Origin: a virus
IMG/VR virus record: IMGVR_UViG_3300025949_000016
Reading direction: 5' to 3' (one strand)
Length of the DNA stretch: 64,000 bases
A program made the translations under genes and the position numbers. Within the stretch, counting starts at the first letter, position 1. Every line of letters starts with the position of its first letter. The notes beneath the pieces were generated by a model, which was not told where the DNA came from, made no database searches, and worked only from the letters and a program-made list of their open reading frames with translations. Positions 10,024 to 20,552 of this stretch are shown one piece after another.

Positions 10024-11202
10024 TTATCCCCAAGGATTTTTGAAACCCTGCCTTTTTATGACATTTTTTCTAGGTTCTTCATCAAATCCTTCATTTGTCG
10101 CTGATTTTCTTGATTCTTCTATTTTAAGTTTCTTAACCGTATTAGCTGCTTCATTTGTTTTTATTTCTTCTCTAAGCTTATCCTTAAATGATTTACGGTT
10201 TAATGTAAGATAAACTATCTCTAAGAAATGATCGTAATCTGCTTTATCTCCTGCTTGCATTTCTTCAAGCTTTTTGAAGAACAAATTAGTAGGTTGTCCT
10301 GACCAACTTGTATACTTAACATCAGTTAGACCTTCCCAAATAAGAGCTTTTTCTTTATTAACTAATTTAATATCACCTAGCCTATCTTTATCAAGAGTTC
10401 CCTTAATTGTCGCTAAATAATTTCTACGAGCCTCTTCTGCCTGCTGTTGGCGAACAGCCTGCTCTTGCATTATTTGTTCCATTCGTTGCTCATTCATTTG
10501 ATTGAGCTTAGGTAGAAACTTTTCAGCTTTTGCTTTTAATTTGCCAATATCTTTAGTAGTTTCTATTTCATCTTTAATCTCATCATCTGCCCATCCAGTA
10601 ACTCTAAGATATTCTGAAATGATAGACTCTTGACCTTCTTCAGTTTCTATATCAAAATTACTTGTTCTTTCTACTTCAGATATTGCAGAAATTAAAGGAG
10701 TAACATCTGTGCCACCTTGTTCTGCATAATGTAATATAGCTTGAACCTGTGGGCTATATTTTTTTACTTTATCTTGCCAGAGTTCTTCAACAGTGGCATT
10801 TTTAGTTTGTTCGATATTAAGCTTAATAAGTTCTTTAGCTTCTTCTATCGTTTTAACAGGTCCATCTTCAAATCCAAAAAGATCTTTATTTTCAACCAAT
10901 TCGTTTACCATTGTAACAAGATCTGAAGCTTTTCGGCCTGGTTTTTTATCAGACTCATTATCAATAACTACAGGTTCAGTATCATTAGATTTATCATCTT
11001 TATCTTCATCTTTAGATAAATCATTTAATTCTTTCCAGGTAAAATCTGTATTTACTGGTTTTTTAAAATTTTCTGGAACTTTATCTTCTTTCTTATCGTC
11101 CTTTTTCTCAGGATCTTCTGGAGTTATAATACTGTCAACATTACCTGACAATATTTTAGAAAGCTCATCTTGTGTAATGGGCGTTACTTGCGTTTGTGCC
11201 AT
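10024..11202 (-). CDS. putative capsid scaffolding protein
   Basis: acidic, low-complexity N-terminus and coiled coil; lies between portal and capsid genes. Confidence 0.65.
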   Translation of the reverse strand: MAQTQVTPITQDELSKILSGNVDSIITPEDPEKKDDKKEDKVPENFKKPVNTDFTWKELNDLSKDEDKDDKSNDTEPVVIDNESDKKPGRKASDLVTMVNELVENKDLFGFEDGPVKTIEEAKELIKLNIEQTKNATVEELWQDKVKKYSPQVQAILHYAEQGGTDVTPLISAISEVERTSNFDIETEEGQESIISEYLRVTGWADDEIKDEIETTKDIGKLKAKAEKFLPKLNQMNEQRMEQIMQEQAVRQQQAEEARRNYLATIKGTLDKDRLGDIKLVNKEKALIWEGLTDVKYTSWSGQPTNLFFKKLEEMQAGDKADYDHFLEIVYLTLNRKSFKDKLREEIKTNEAANTVKKLKIEESRKSATNEGFDEEPRKNVIKRQGFKNPWG

Positions 11203-11214
11203 TTTGTCATTGGT

Positions 11215-11254
11215 TTAATATATATTAAATAATTTTTATGAATCTACCAAATTT
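11215..11254 (-). promoter_or_regulatory. putative promoter upstream of scaffold/capsid genes
   Basis: AAATTTGGTAG box followed by TATATTAA, a variant of the recurring motif. Confidence 0.45.
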
Positions 11255-11290
11255 AATTTTTAAAATTAAAAAGTAGTTGACAATATATGA

Positions 11291-14032
11291 CTACTTTGAT
11301 TTTGGCTTTGGTTTATTGTTTCTATTTTCTTTAGCAATCTTATATTGAGTATCTACTTTATATTTTTCTGCTTGTAATTTTTTCTTCTGTAAATCTACAT
11401 TATCATTATGTTGCTTTTCATCCATTTGCATTTTTCTTTCTTTAAGATTAATATCTTGTTCAGAGTGATTTTGCTCATGTAAGAATTTATCTACTTCTAA
11501 AGCATCGGGTATATTATCTTGGTTAATATCAGTATCTTTAGCATAACCCATTGCTTTAATTTCAGCAATATATATATTAGCTTGAATTTCACGCTCTTTC
11601 CAATAATCATCATGTGATAATTGCTTATCTTGCTGTTGTTGTAAGAATTGCTGTTGCTCTTGTTGCATTTGTTGTTCTTGTGTTTGTTGGGCTTGTAACT
11701 CTTGAGATCTCTTATCTTCAGCTTCTCTTAATTTTTCTATAATTTCAGCAGGACTATCTGAGGTTATAACTTGAGCTAAATCATATAGAGATCCACCCGC
11801 TGTATTATTTTCCATTGCAACTTGTCTAAGTTTCTCCACTGTTTGTTTTATATTAGCTCTAGACATTGCATATATTTGATAATCAGCAAGTAAGAGTTTA
11901 TAACCTTCATTTTGAAACCAAACTGTCTCTTCTTTTTTATTAAGATAAGTGAGAGGTGATTCGGGTTTTGTTGCATTAATAAACTGTGCAGCATTTAACA
12001 TCATTTCTCTTACTCTTGGCATAAGTTGATTCATATGTTGATCAAAATAAATTTCAGTCTGAGAATAAGAATTATTAACTGCCTGTTGTGTTCCAGTAGC
12101 TGATTCTGAAGCTTGAACCTCTCCTAAACGTTGAGGAGTAATACCAATAGTATTCATTGCTTCATTTTTAAAAAATTCTGCTAGTTTAAGTCTTGCTAAA
12201 ATTTGTTCAGTCTTAGAAAAATCAACTTGCTGAAAGTGAGAGAAAGATGTTCCAGGATTTTCTGTATTTTGAATAGATGAGTCGATAGGTACAATTTGGT
12301 AATCTTTTATTACCTGATACATCTTAGCAAAGTTATTCCTACCCCAAGATCCATCCATTGAGTTTCTTGGAATCATATTTTGATCAACTACAATAGCTTT
12401 ACCTCCCTCATCAGCTAACATATCAAATACTTGATTATTAACTATATTAAATCCTATTTGATGAGAACTCATCTTTTCTACAATAGAAGAGCTTACACTA
12501 TTTCTTTCAGAAAATATCCGTCCTTCTACTGGTAATTTGCAACCATACAAGGAATTTTGTCCTTTAAATTGAAAAGGTAAGGCTGCTATTTTACAATAAA
12601 TTGGTTCAAATCCAAAGCCACGAGCTTGATAATAAGTAGTATTATTCGGTCCTATTTTAATACCTTGCCAAACTTCATTTATCCATATCCAGTCTATATG
12701 CTCACCATAAGCTAAATTATCTTTAGATTCTTTATTTACTATGGATTTGTCATAAACTGGTTTAATAGTTACTTTATAATTCTCGTCCACAATCTCTTGA
12801 AGTACCGTACCATCTTCTTTAATTCTAGTAAGATGACCTACTTTTCTCTGAGATTTCCAATAAGCTTCTGTAACTCTTACTAGTGATTGATTAGCCACTA
12901 TACCAGTATTAAGACTATTAAGCCTATTCCAATCTAACCCCTCAATATCCTCTCTCATATTACGCATACCAACATATTGCTCAAAGTGTATACTATTTGG
13001 CTGCTGCTGGTCATAGGGTTTAGATGCATCCCAATATTTTGTACTATCCCATCTATTAGCATCATCTATAACATTACCATGACGTATTGCTATAGATTGA
13101 GCTTGTTTTAGATTCTCTAGTTGATCTTCCGTCATCATGTATCCATATGCATCAATAACATCTGGAATAGAATTAAGACGTATTCTACCTACAAAATTCC
13201 CATCTGCAATATAATATTGATCTGGTGATTTATGATAAAAAGTGTATACGGGATTCCATAATTCAACATTATAATTATCCTCTTTTACATTTACATGCCA
13301 AAATTCTCTATCACAAACTAAAGAATCTCTAAATCCCCATGACTCTAACTCATACATTTTGAATCTATTATCATCGTATTCAATCATATGTTGAGCCCAT
13401 CTTTCTGGAATACTTCGATAAGTTTTAAACTTCATCTCTGCTTGAATCAATTGCTGTTGAGCTTGTATTTGCTGTTGCATTTGATCTTGACTTACTCCAT
13501 TTAAGATTCCTTGTTGCTGAATTTGAAATTGAGCTTGCTGAACAAGTATTTGCGTTACGTTATCCAATTTAGCCTGAAGAGCTTCATTTTGAGAGAATTC
13601 ATCAACTGCTTTAACAATAATACGAGTATCTCTTTTAGAGAACTCCCCTACCATAACATTTATAACATTAGGTATAATAGGAAAAAATTTTAAGCTAAAA
13701 GGACTACCTGTTTCTTGAGTGATAATATTAATAAGATCGTCCTCAGGTCTAGGAGTTTTAGGATCTACTATATAATCAGTCCTATCAATTATACCATTTG
13801 CTAAATGATAATTTCTAACTAATCTTTTATTATCATTTAAAATTTGCCTAAGTCCCATATACTCAAGCCAATCCATATTCCATTTTCTCCAATCCTCATC
13901 TTTTTCTTCTAAAGAAAGCATCTGATAAGGCATTGTATTCCATAAAAACCTACGATCTACATCTGTTGTGTAGCCTTGTAAAAGCTGCCGTGCAGTAAGA
14001 ACCACACCTGTGGCTTTTTTTTGTTTTGCCAT
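11291..14032 (-). CDS. portal protein (crAss-like)
   Basis: 913 aa, 'FFPIIPNVINVMVGEF', 'WINEVWQGIKIG', 'GITPQRLG', Q-rich C-terminal coil; adjacent to terminase. Confidence 0.85.
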   Translation of the reverse strand: MAKQKKATGVVLTARQLLQGYTTDVDRRFLWNTMPYQMLSLEEKDEDWRKWNMDWLEYMGLRQILNDNKRLVRNYHLANGIIDRTDYIVDPKTPRPEDDLINIITQETGSPFSLKFFPIIPNVINVMVGEFSKRDTRIIVKAVDEFSQNEALQAKLDNVTQILVQQAQFQIQQQGILNGVSQDQMQQQIQAQQQLIQAEMKFKTYRSIPERWAQHMIEYDDNRFKMYELESWGFRDSLVCDREFWHVNVKEDNYNVELWNPVYTFYHKSPDQYYIADGNFVGRIRLNSIPDVIDAYGYMMTEDQLENLKQAQSIAIRHGNVIDDANRWDSTKYWDASKPYDQQQPNSIHFEQYVGMRNMREDIEGLDWNRLNSLNTGIVANQSLVRVTEAYWKSQRKVGHLTRIKEDGTVLQEIVDENYKVTIKPVYDKSIVNKESKDNLAYGEHIDWIWINEVWQGIKIGPNNTTYYQARGFGFEPIYCKIAALPFQFKGQNSLYGCKLPVEGRIFSERNSVSSSIVEKMSSHQIGFNIVNNQVFDMLADEGGKAIVVDQNMIPRNSMDGSWGRNNFAKMYQVIKDYQIVPIDSSIQNTENPGTSFSHFQQVDFSKTEQILARLKLAEFFKNEAMNTIGITPQRLGEVQASESATGTQQAVNNSYSQTEIYFDQHMNQLMPRVREMMLNAAQFINATKPESPLTYLNKKEETVWFQNEGYKLLLADYQIYAMSRANIKQTVEKLRQVAMENNTAGGSLYDLAQVITSDSPAEIIEKLREAEDKRSQELQAQQTQEQQMQQEQQQFLQQQQDKQLSHDDYWKEREIQANIYIAEIKAMGYAKDTDINQDNIPDALEVDKFLHEQNHSEQDINLKERKMQMDEKQHNDNVDLQKKKLQAEKYKVDTQYKIAKENRNNKPKPKSK

Positions 14033-14035
14033 TTT

Positions 14036-16213
14036 TTATTTATAATTTTTAAAAAAGGATCGATTTGGTTTTATAATCTGTTGTCCTTGTTCTGTGTATA
14101 TTATATTACCGTAATGTTTGAAGAATGATTTTCCTAAATAATCTTCTTTTACTGTATGTTCAGGAGGTTTATTTGTTTCATCTACTTTAGATACACCTAA
14201 CCCATACTTTCTAAAAGCCTTCATTAATGCTAAGCCCGATGCAAATGCTATAAATCGGTCAGTATTTAATTTATCATGATATTGTCTCAATTCTTCTAGT
14301 AATGCATAATCTTTTATTCGTTCTACTCCGTATACCGTTTTAAGTACTTTACCTTCATGAGTTTTTATTTCATCTAAAACTTCATTTAGATATTCGTTAA
14401 CTAGATCAATAAAATAAGTAAGAATAGTTTTATTTGTTTTAAAACCATAAGGAGAGTAAACTTCTTTATTTGTTTTTAACTCACTAACAAAGGAAAGCTG
14501 ATCTTTAGTTGCTAAATAATATTGTAGTCCTCTTTGCTGCATATGATTAATAAAAGAGGGTACATTATTTTCAACTGCAGTGAGTGCATTATACCAACGA
14601 ATAAGATATTCTGCTATTTGATTATTTTTCTTTATTTCATCATACCTACCCGTATAGCAGGCTACAGGTTTATATCCATCTACCTTTATTTTAGTTTTTC
14701 CATCTTCTTCATAAGTCGTTTCTACTAGATTTTTAAATATATAAATGGAAAATAAAGATGGAGATGTAGTTGTTTTATCAGTAGCAACAGGATCAATCCC
14801 TGCAAAATAAGTAAGCCATTTAGGATTTTCTGGCGGCCACTCCCACAATTGAATACATCCCTCTTTATTATCTTTTTCAGTAAGTGGAAACTTTTTTATA
14901 TATTGTCGATCTGAAATCTTATGAATAATAGCACTTGATTCAGCAGCTCCTTCTAATTCTATAGGAGTACATCCATCTCCTTCTATAATTAATCTCTCTT
15001 GTTGTCTTATTATTTTAGCTTGTGGAAATATAGACTCTTTTCTCCAAGCAAAAGCCTCCGCTAGATTAAAGGGATGTTGGGATACATACATTCTATAATC
15101 TTCAGGATTAGATACTCCTTTTAATCTTTCTCTTTCTTGCTCGCACCACTCCTTGGCCTCTTTAACTAAAGAATTGCCATCCTCATCTATAAAAGGAGGC
15201 ATACTCCAATATTCAGGAACAAAAAAACATGTCTCTAAAACTTCAGGTTCTTGTTCAAATATATTTCTAATAGAAAGTACATTAAATCCTTTTGGATCTA
15301 GTGCCATTTTTTTAAGATCCTCACATTGTTCTAATTCACCTACTGATCCTGAAGCCATAAACATACCAGTAGTAAGGGCACCTAATTTTAAAGCAGGATC
15401 AATGTAATTAAAGGTATTACGCATTGTTTTAGTAATGCCTGCTTCTTCATAATAAAATTTATTATTTTTACCACCAACCCCTTTAGTTGGACTATTTCTA
15501 AAGTTAAGTCCTTTCAGTATAGATTTATTACCTATGAAGACTTTCTTTCCAGCTTGCTTTACTTCTAATCTTTGTTGCCAATTAAGTGACTTGTCTGGAT
15601 TAAATGCTCTATACCAACCTGTATTAGTATTTAAGAACGTTCTATATTCTTCAAGCATTGCCCAGTCAGATTTTAAATACTCTTCATCTGAAGCTCCTAA
15701 TTTATTAATAAATCCTTGTTCAAACCAAACATCATTTAATAAAATGGCTAAATGTTGAAAAGTACCACCCCACTGTCTCTTTTTAACAACTACATCATAC
15801 TTGTATTCTAATTCACAAAGTTGAATATATAAAAAGAAATAATATTGACTATCCCATATTTCTGGAAATTGAAGTCGATTGACTTTTTTATCATTTATAG
15901 GTAGGAAATTAATCCAGAAATAATAATAACGCGTGAGATAAAAATCATCAATTATAATTCCTTTTGTTGACTTTTCTTTTTCTCTCTCCCAATATTCTAT
16001 GAAATCTTTAGACTTAAATGGAGAATTACAGTAATAACCATCTCTATCAAATTTCTCTGCTTGTTGTCGCCAACATTTTGTATTATATAATTTTACCTCA
16101 CCAGGAGGTTTAAATTTAGACCATACAAAGTCTTTAAAATCATCTCTTGTTTTAAATTCGGTATATGAATATTGGTTTGTTTTAGAGTTATATGTTGGAA
16201 CTTTCAAATACAC
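14036..16213 (-). CDS. terL: terminase large subunit
   Basis: Walker A-like KKRQWGGT, Walker B YYEEAG, nuclease-domain AGIDP and AVENN, terminal DRF. Confidence 0.9.
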   Translation of the reverse strand: MYLKVPTYNSKTNQYSYTEFKTRDDFKDFVWSKFKPPGEVKLYNTKCWRQQAEKFDRDGYYCNSPFKSKDFIEYWEREKEKSTKGIIIDDFYLTRYYYFWINFLPINDKKVNRLQFPEIWDSQYYFFLYIQLCELEYKYDVVVKKRQWGGTFQHLAILLNDVWFEQGFINKLGASDEEYLKSDWAMLEEYRTFLNTNTGWYRAFNPDKSLNWQQRLEVKQAGKKVFIGNKSILKGLNFRNSPTKGVGGKNNKFYYEEAGITKTMRNTFNYIDPALKLGALTTGMFMASGSVGELEQCEDLKKMALDPKGFNVLSIRNIFEQEPEVLETCFFVPEYWSMPPFIDEDGNSLVKEAKEWCEQERERLKGVSNPEDYRMYVSQHPFNLAEAFAWRKESIFPQAKIIRQQERLIIEGDGCTPIELEGAAESSAIIHKISDRQYIKKFPLTEKDNKEGCIQLWEWPPENPKWLTYFAGIDPVATDKTTTSPSLFSIYIFKNLVETTYEEDGKTKIKVDGYKPVACYTGRYDEIKKNNQIAEYLIRWYNALTAVENNVPSFINHMQQRGLQYYLATKDQLSFVSELKTNKEVYSPYGFKTNKTILTYFIDLVNEYLNEVLDEIKTHEGKVLKTVYGVERIKDYALLEELRQYHDKLNTDRFIAFASGLALMKAFRKYGLGVSKVDETNKPPEHTVKEDYLGKSFFKHYGNIIYTEQGQQIIKPNRSFFKNYK

Positions 16214-16530
16214 TATAAATCCTCCTCACCATGCTTTGTATCTTGACTAACTAATTCAAAACTGAATTTATCTCCCAACTGAACAATAAATTCACAAACT
16301 CCATGTATATTAATTTTAGTATATAATATATCTTCTGGATTTGCTAATGTCATATCAGATTCATCCACTAAAAGTAATATTCCCTGACCTGTCATGCTTA
16401 TTAAATCACTGTTTAATTCTTTGTACTCATCTCTTGTTAGAGTAACTAATATTTCAGGTGGTTGTTTTATAAAAAATGTATCACCATACTTTTCATAAAA
16501 TAACTCTCTAAGATAATCTATTGTAATCAT
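16213..16530 (-). CDS. hypothetical protein
   Basis: 105 aa ORF coupled to terL. Confidence 0.55.
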   Translation of the reverse strand: MITIDYLRELFYEKYGDTFFIKQPPEILVTLTRDEYKELNSDLISMTGQGILLLVDESDMTLANPEDILYTKINIHGVCEFIVQLGDKFSFELVSQDTKHGEEDL

Positions 16531-16544
16531 AAGTATAAATATTT

Positions 16545-17060
16545 CTACTGATCGTAAGCAATATTATGTCCTCCACGACCAGTTCTATTATTTTCTTCTT
16601 TAAATGCTTTATATCTAGCTTCAAATGATCTACATACTTCATCATATTCTTTAAGATAACGAAGATATGCCATTTCATTACCATCCCTACCACCTGCAAT
16701 AAGCGTTCCCTTAATATAATCAGCCACTCTTTCTACTCCTACTTTAGCTGCCATATAGAGATTATATGTAGGAGTTTTAAATAACTCTCTACAAGTCTCT
16801 AATGCTGTATAAATAGATTCTTCGTCTGGAGAAAATTCTCCCCCTACTTCTTTTAAGATAAGTTCTTCTTTGTCTCCTTCAGGTACATTAGCAAAAGGAT
16901 TTTCCTCATCATTTAAACATGTCATATAGAAGAGATAAGGATATATAGATTTCCAATCATCTGGATACTCATCCATTATCCTTTTAAGTGATGCTATAGT
17001 ATAGCAGTGTTCTGTTGGCGTTATTTTACCTTCTTGAATATCAAATAATTTTATTCCCAT
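16545..17060 (-). CDS. conserved protein upstream of terL (possible small terminase)
   Basis: 171 aa helical protein; the function is inferred from position only. Confidence 0.5.
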   Translation of the reverse strand: MGIKLFDIQEGKITPTEHCYTIASLKRIMDEYPDDWKSIYPYLFYMTCLNDEENPFANVPEGDKEELILKEVGGEFSPDEESIYTALETCRELFKTPTYNLYMAAKVGVERVADYIKGTLIAGGRDGNEMAYLRYLKEYDEVCRSFEARYKAFKEENNRTGRGGHNIAYDQ

Positions 17061-17805
17061 TGGTTTTATAGTAATCTAAGGCTATTTTTATTTCTTTTTG
17101 TAAATTAGGTACTTTATAAGTTATTATTTTTTCAAGTATAAATTTTTCTTCTTCATCATCATATGTACCTATAACATGTTCTATTTCTAATTTATTAATA
17201 GTAAGATTTCTATTATGTTGTTTAATTAGAAAAGCATATAAATTTAATTGTAAAGCATAATGAAAATAATTACAATCTTCTAAACTATGTAATGGAAATT
17301 TCATTAATTTAGGAGATCCATCCCAATTTGGATAAGATTGTTTCTTTATTTCTTTACTAGTTTTATAATCTTTTATATTTAGTTTACCAGTTTTAGTAAT
17401 TTCTACCTTATCAGCTTGACCTGCTATTTTATATTTATCTGACCAAACTATAAGTTCTGGATAAACCCCTGGTTCTAATTTTTGCTTATCGTGAGTTTTA
17501 ATTTTACCATCCCAGGAAGGTTTAAATATAGGATGATCATCACCTTCAATATCTATTAAGTCTTTTCCTAATAACTCTTCTTCTTTTATTTTATGATAAA
17601 ATGTACCTTTTAATATAGCATCATTACCTGCTTTATCCCAATCTGCTAAAACATCTTCAATTTTTCTTTTATGTTTTTTTGCATATGCTTTAGCTCTTTT
17701 TTCTCTATCAAATGGTTTACAGAACTTTTTTATAAATGCTGTCCCACTTAAATAGGTTTCCCCACTATCATTAAAATAACTATGGTTTTCTTCATTGAAT
17801 TTCAT
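17041..17805 (-). CDS. PD-(D/E)XK exonuclease (crAss-like)
   Basis: GTFYH, AGQAD, IKDYKT, HYALQLNLY motifs. Confidence 0.85.
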   Translation of the reverse strand: MKFNEENHSYFNDSGETYLSGTAFIKKFCKPFDREKRAKAYAKKHKRKIEDVLADWDKAGNDAILKGTFYHKIKEEELLGKDLIDIEGDDHPIFKPSWDGKIKTHDKQKLEPGVYPELIVWSDKYKIAGQADKVEITKTGKLNIKDYKTSKEIKKQSYPNWDGSPKLMKFPLHSLEDCNYFHYALQLNLYAFLIKQHNRNLTINKLEIEHVIGTYDDEEEKFILEKIITYKVPNLQKEIKIALDYYKTNGNKII

Positions 17806-18083
17806 TTAAATCCTATTTTAGAAGGCATTAAAATTTCTTCTAGTTCTTTTATAGTATGAGCAACATTTGAATAATTACTTGTTACTCTATTGTAAATTCT
17901 TGATCTAGATTTAACTACTTGTCCTTTAGATCCTATATATTCTCCAAATGCTGATATATCATTTTTATTCATCCAAACTTTGAGATATTGTTCTTTAATA
18001 AACCTATCTCCCTCTTTTTCAACCTTATATAAAGGTTGGATAACTAAAAATCTTATGTTTTGTCCATTAACTTGAGGTACCAC
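17802..18083 (-). CDS. hypothetical protein
   Basis: 93 aa coupled ORF. Confidence 0.55.
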   Translation of the reverse strand: MVPQVNGQNIRFLVIQPLYKVEKEGDRFIKEQYLKVWMNKNDISAFGEYIGSKGQVVKSRSRIYNRVTSNYSNVAHTIKELEEILMPSKIGFK

Positions 18084-18405
18084 CTAATTTATCATTTAAG
18101 ATTTGCTGATTAATCATATCTTCTTCTTGCTTAGTTACTACTGCTTTCCATTTTTCTTTTGGACAGTTTTCTGATAATACGCGTAATTTAAGTGATAGAG
18201 AACAACCGCAACCGCCCAAACTAAGGTTGCAACAGGGCTGAGTGCCAGGAACATGGCAACCACTACCAGTGTCATCATAAAGCCCACAGGCTCTACATAT
18301 ATTGATCCTATCTTGATATATCGCTTCAATATGTTCTTTTTTAAACGTCCGATTCTTTAGACCCTCCCAAATTGCCGCTCTGTTCTTGAATATCTCTGTT
18401 AGCAT
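18067..18405 (-). CDS. Cys-rich putative Zn-binding protein
   Basis: RINICRAC...C...CC...GCGC...CPKEKW. Confidence 0.65.
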   Translation of the reverse strand: MLTEIFKNRAAIWEGLKNRTFKKEHIEAIYQDRINICRACGLYDDTGSGCHVPGTQPCCNLSLGGCGCSLSLKLRVLSENCPKEKWKAVVTKQEEDMINQQILNDKLGGTSS

Positions 18406-18778
18406 AGTATTGTTTCTTTCTTTCTCTAAATTCTTCTCTTTCGTTATACCAATCCGTCCAAGACTCTATTAACCCATTCATCTTAGCTATTTTCTCTTTT
18501 AATCTCTCTTCGGCTACTTCTGCTTGCTCAATTGGACGACCCATTTTTATCATCTTCTCTTTTATATTCTTTACTTTCTCTAAATATTCTAAGGATCTTT
18601 TTCTTCTAAATCTAAAAGTCCCTAACCTATGAACATATGTTTGTCTATGTTCAAAATTATCTAAAGAGTTAGCCAATTCTGTGAAAGTAAAATTACCTAT
18701 TAACTCTATAATATCATAAGGTAATTCTAATCTTTCTGCTACATTTTTATATACTTCTTTATGATTTTTAATAATCAT
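18341..18778 (-). CDS. HU/IHF-like DNA-binding protein
   Basis: 'KEVYKNVAERLEL...LGTFRFR' resembles the HU/IHF fold; crAss-like phages carry such genes near terL. Confidence 0.6.
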   Translation of the reverse strand: MIIKNHKEVYKNVAERLELPYDIIELIGNFTFTELANSLDNFEHRQTYVHRLGTFRFRRKRSLEYLEKVKNIKEKMIKMGRPIEQAEVAEERLKEKIAKMNGLIESWTDWYNEREEFRERKKQYYANRDIQEQSGNLGGSKESDV

Positions 18779-19112
18779 AATTTACTTGATAATTAAATAC
18801 AAAATCATTTTCACTATTAGAAGGTAAGAACCTTGGATTTATAGTTCTTTCTCCCTTATATTTTTCTACAATTCCTAACTTTACAAGTTTAGCTACAGAA
18901 TTTCTAACAGTTTGCTCACTTTTAAAAAAACCCTTGTTAACGCAATTTACAAAGAAATCCTTTTCATAGCCATTAATATAAATTTCACTAGCTACAGCAA
19001 TATCTCCTGAAGAGAGTCTAAGACCCTCCTCAGTTGATACAGCCAATAAGTGAAACATTAATGCTTCTTGCTTAGACTTGAATTTTAATATGGTTTTTAT
19101 TAAATTAATCAT
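18768..19112 (-). CDS. winged-HTH-like DNA-binding protein
   Basis: 'SEQTVRNSVAKLVKLGIV' helix-wing signature. Confidence 0.55.
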   Translation of the reverse strand: MINLIKTILKFKSKQEALMFHLLAVSTEEGLRLSSGDIAVASEIYINGYEKDFFVNCVNKGFFKSEQTVRNSVAKLVKLGIVEKYKGERTINPRFLPSNSENDFVFNYQVNYDY

Positions 19113-19347
19113 TTTTCTTCAACCTTCTAGGCTTTGCTTCTTGATTTTCAACGGGCATTAATTCTAATCCTAACTCATTGCTATTTGATTGATTTATATT
19201 AAGATATGCATTATAAGCATTACTTAATTTAATCTTTTCATAATTAAGTCTCTCCTTTTGTAATTGCATGGCTGCAATTTCTGTCTCCAATCCTTGAATT
19301 TGAATATCAATATTTCTTTGTTCAAATTCGAATTCAGTATAATCCAT
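19105..19347 (-). CDS. coiled-coil hypothetical protein
   Basis: 80 aa heptad pattern. Confidence 0.5.
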   Translation of the reverse strand: MDYTEFEFEQRNIDIQIQGLETEIAAMQLQKERLNYEKIKLSNAYNAYLNINQSNSNELGLELMPVENQEAKPRRLKKND

Positions 19348-19414
19348 TTGCTTGGTTTTATAAATTAATATACAAAATTTATCTTAAACTAAAAAATAAT
19401 TTTTAAAGTTTATT

Positions 19415-19690
19415 TTAATATGTCCTTTGCTCTATTTCTTTTTTATTTTCTAATATACCTCTTAACATAATTAACTCTGATATATCTAATTGTTTAATTA
19501 ATTCAACCTTCCATTTAAGCTTTGTATTTTCGTCATATTCTATTAAATGATCTGCAACAAATCTAGCTAATATTGGTTGCATTTCTAAAAGTAAATTAAC
19601 TCTTTGTTCTTTAATTTCTTCCAAAGTTGGACCTTCATGATCAACTCCTATTGAATATTGCTTTTCGTGTTTAATATAATTTGGTCCCAT
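19415..19690 (-). CDS. hypothetical protein
   Basis: 91 aa ORF. Confidence 0.5.
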   Translation of the reverse strand: MGPNYIKHEKQYSIGVDHEGPTLEEIKEQRVNLLLEMQPILARFVADHLIEYDENTKLKWKVELIKQLDISELIMLRGILENKKEIEQRTY

Positions 19691-19691
19691 T

Positions 19692-20552
19692 TTATTTTTT
19701 TAAAAATTTATAAATACAACCTTCATTTACTAATTCTCTCATTTTTAACGGATGCCTACTGGCTCTATGATATTTATTAGCTAACTCACTATTTACATTA
19801 CCTTTATGCTGTCCTGCCCATCTTCTATCTTTATAACTATATCCAATAAAGGGGTGCCAAAGGTGGTAAATGCAGCTTCGATATGTCTTATGCTTGGCAT
19901 ATAACGTGTCCAATGCTCTAAGAAGTGCTACATCTTCACCGCCCCACCCCTTAAATCTTTCATCAAAACAACCTAAAGTATAGTAAGCCTCTCTTGGAAA
20001 CATCATCACCATTGCTCCATAACGATGACCATATTTACTTCTATGACCATTTCTTTCTATAAATTCTTCTTCCAAAGGACAGTTTAATCTATATGGATGT
20101 TTAGGATTAGAATTTAATATCTTTTCTGTTATGTGTTTTTTTAATCTATAAAGATTAAGGTATGGTACGTACCATAATTTATTACCATATTTCAACTCTT
20201 CTAATATTCTATTTGCACATCTTTCCAATGCTTTACCATCCATATAACCATCTGCATCCATTATAACTAATACTCTACCAGTTGATTTTCTAACTGCATT
20301 ATTAAGTGCCTCTCCTTTACAGAACACTTTACTTTTAGATTTACCAACAATAATTTCAGCATCTGGTAATTCATGCTCCCAATACTTTAATACCCATTTA
20401 AAAGATCTTTTTCTTATTGGATCTTTTGATGAAAAAGGTATTAAAATACTAATCTTTGGACGATGACAATATTGTTTACCAAATATTAATTTAAGAAAAA
20501 ATGCTTCTAATCTCTTCGAAAACATCGAATAACTCATTTTGTTTTTCAACAA
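19692..20552 (-). CDS. glycosyltransferase, GT-A fold (GT2/GT7-like)
   Basis: ISILIPF, DxD motif (MDAD), GCFDERFKGWGGED, YHLWH. Confidence 0.85.
   Translation of the reverse strand: MLKNKMSYSMFSKRLEAFFLKLIFGKQYCHRPKISILIPFSSKDPIRKRSFKWVLKYWEHELPDAEIIVGKSKSKVFCKGEALNNAVRKSTGRVLVIMDADGYMDGKALERCANRILEELKYGNKLWYVPYLNLYRLKKHITEKILNSNPKHPYRLNCPLEEEFIERNGHRSKYGHRYGAMVMMFPREAYYTLGCFDERFKGWGGEDVALLRALDTLYAKHKTYRSCIYHLWHPFIGYSYKDRRWAGQHKGNVNSELANKYHRASRHPLKMRELVNEGCIYKFLKK

Noticed and set aside
2794-15758. Plus-strand ORFs inside structural genes (2794, 6207, 9028, 9536, 10741, 10793, 13511, 14534, 15153, 15534)
   Set aside because: Antisense shadows of long real genes, with non-protein-like composition
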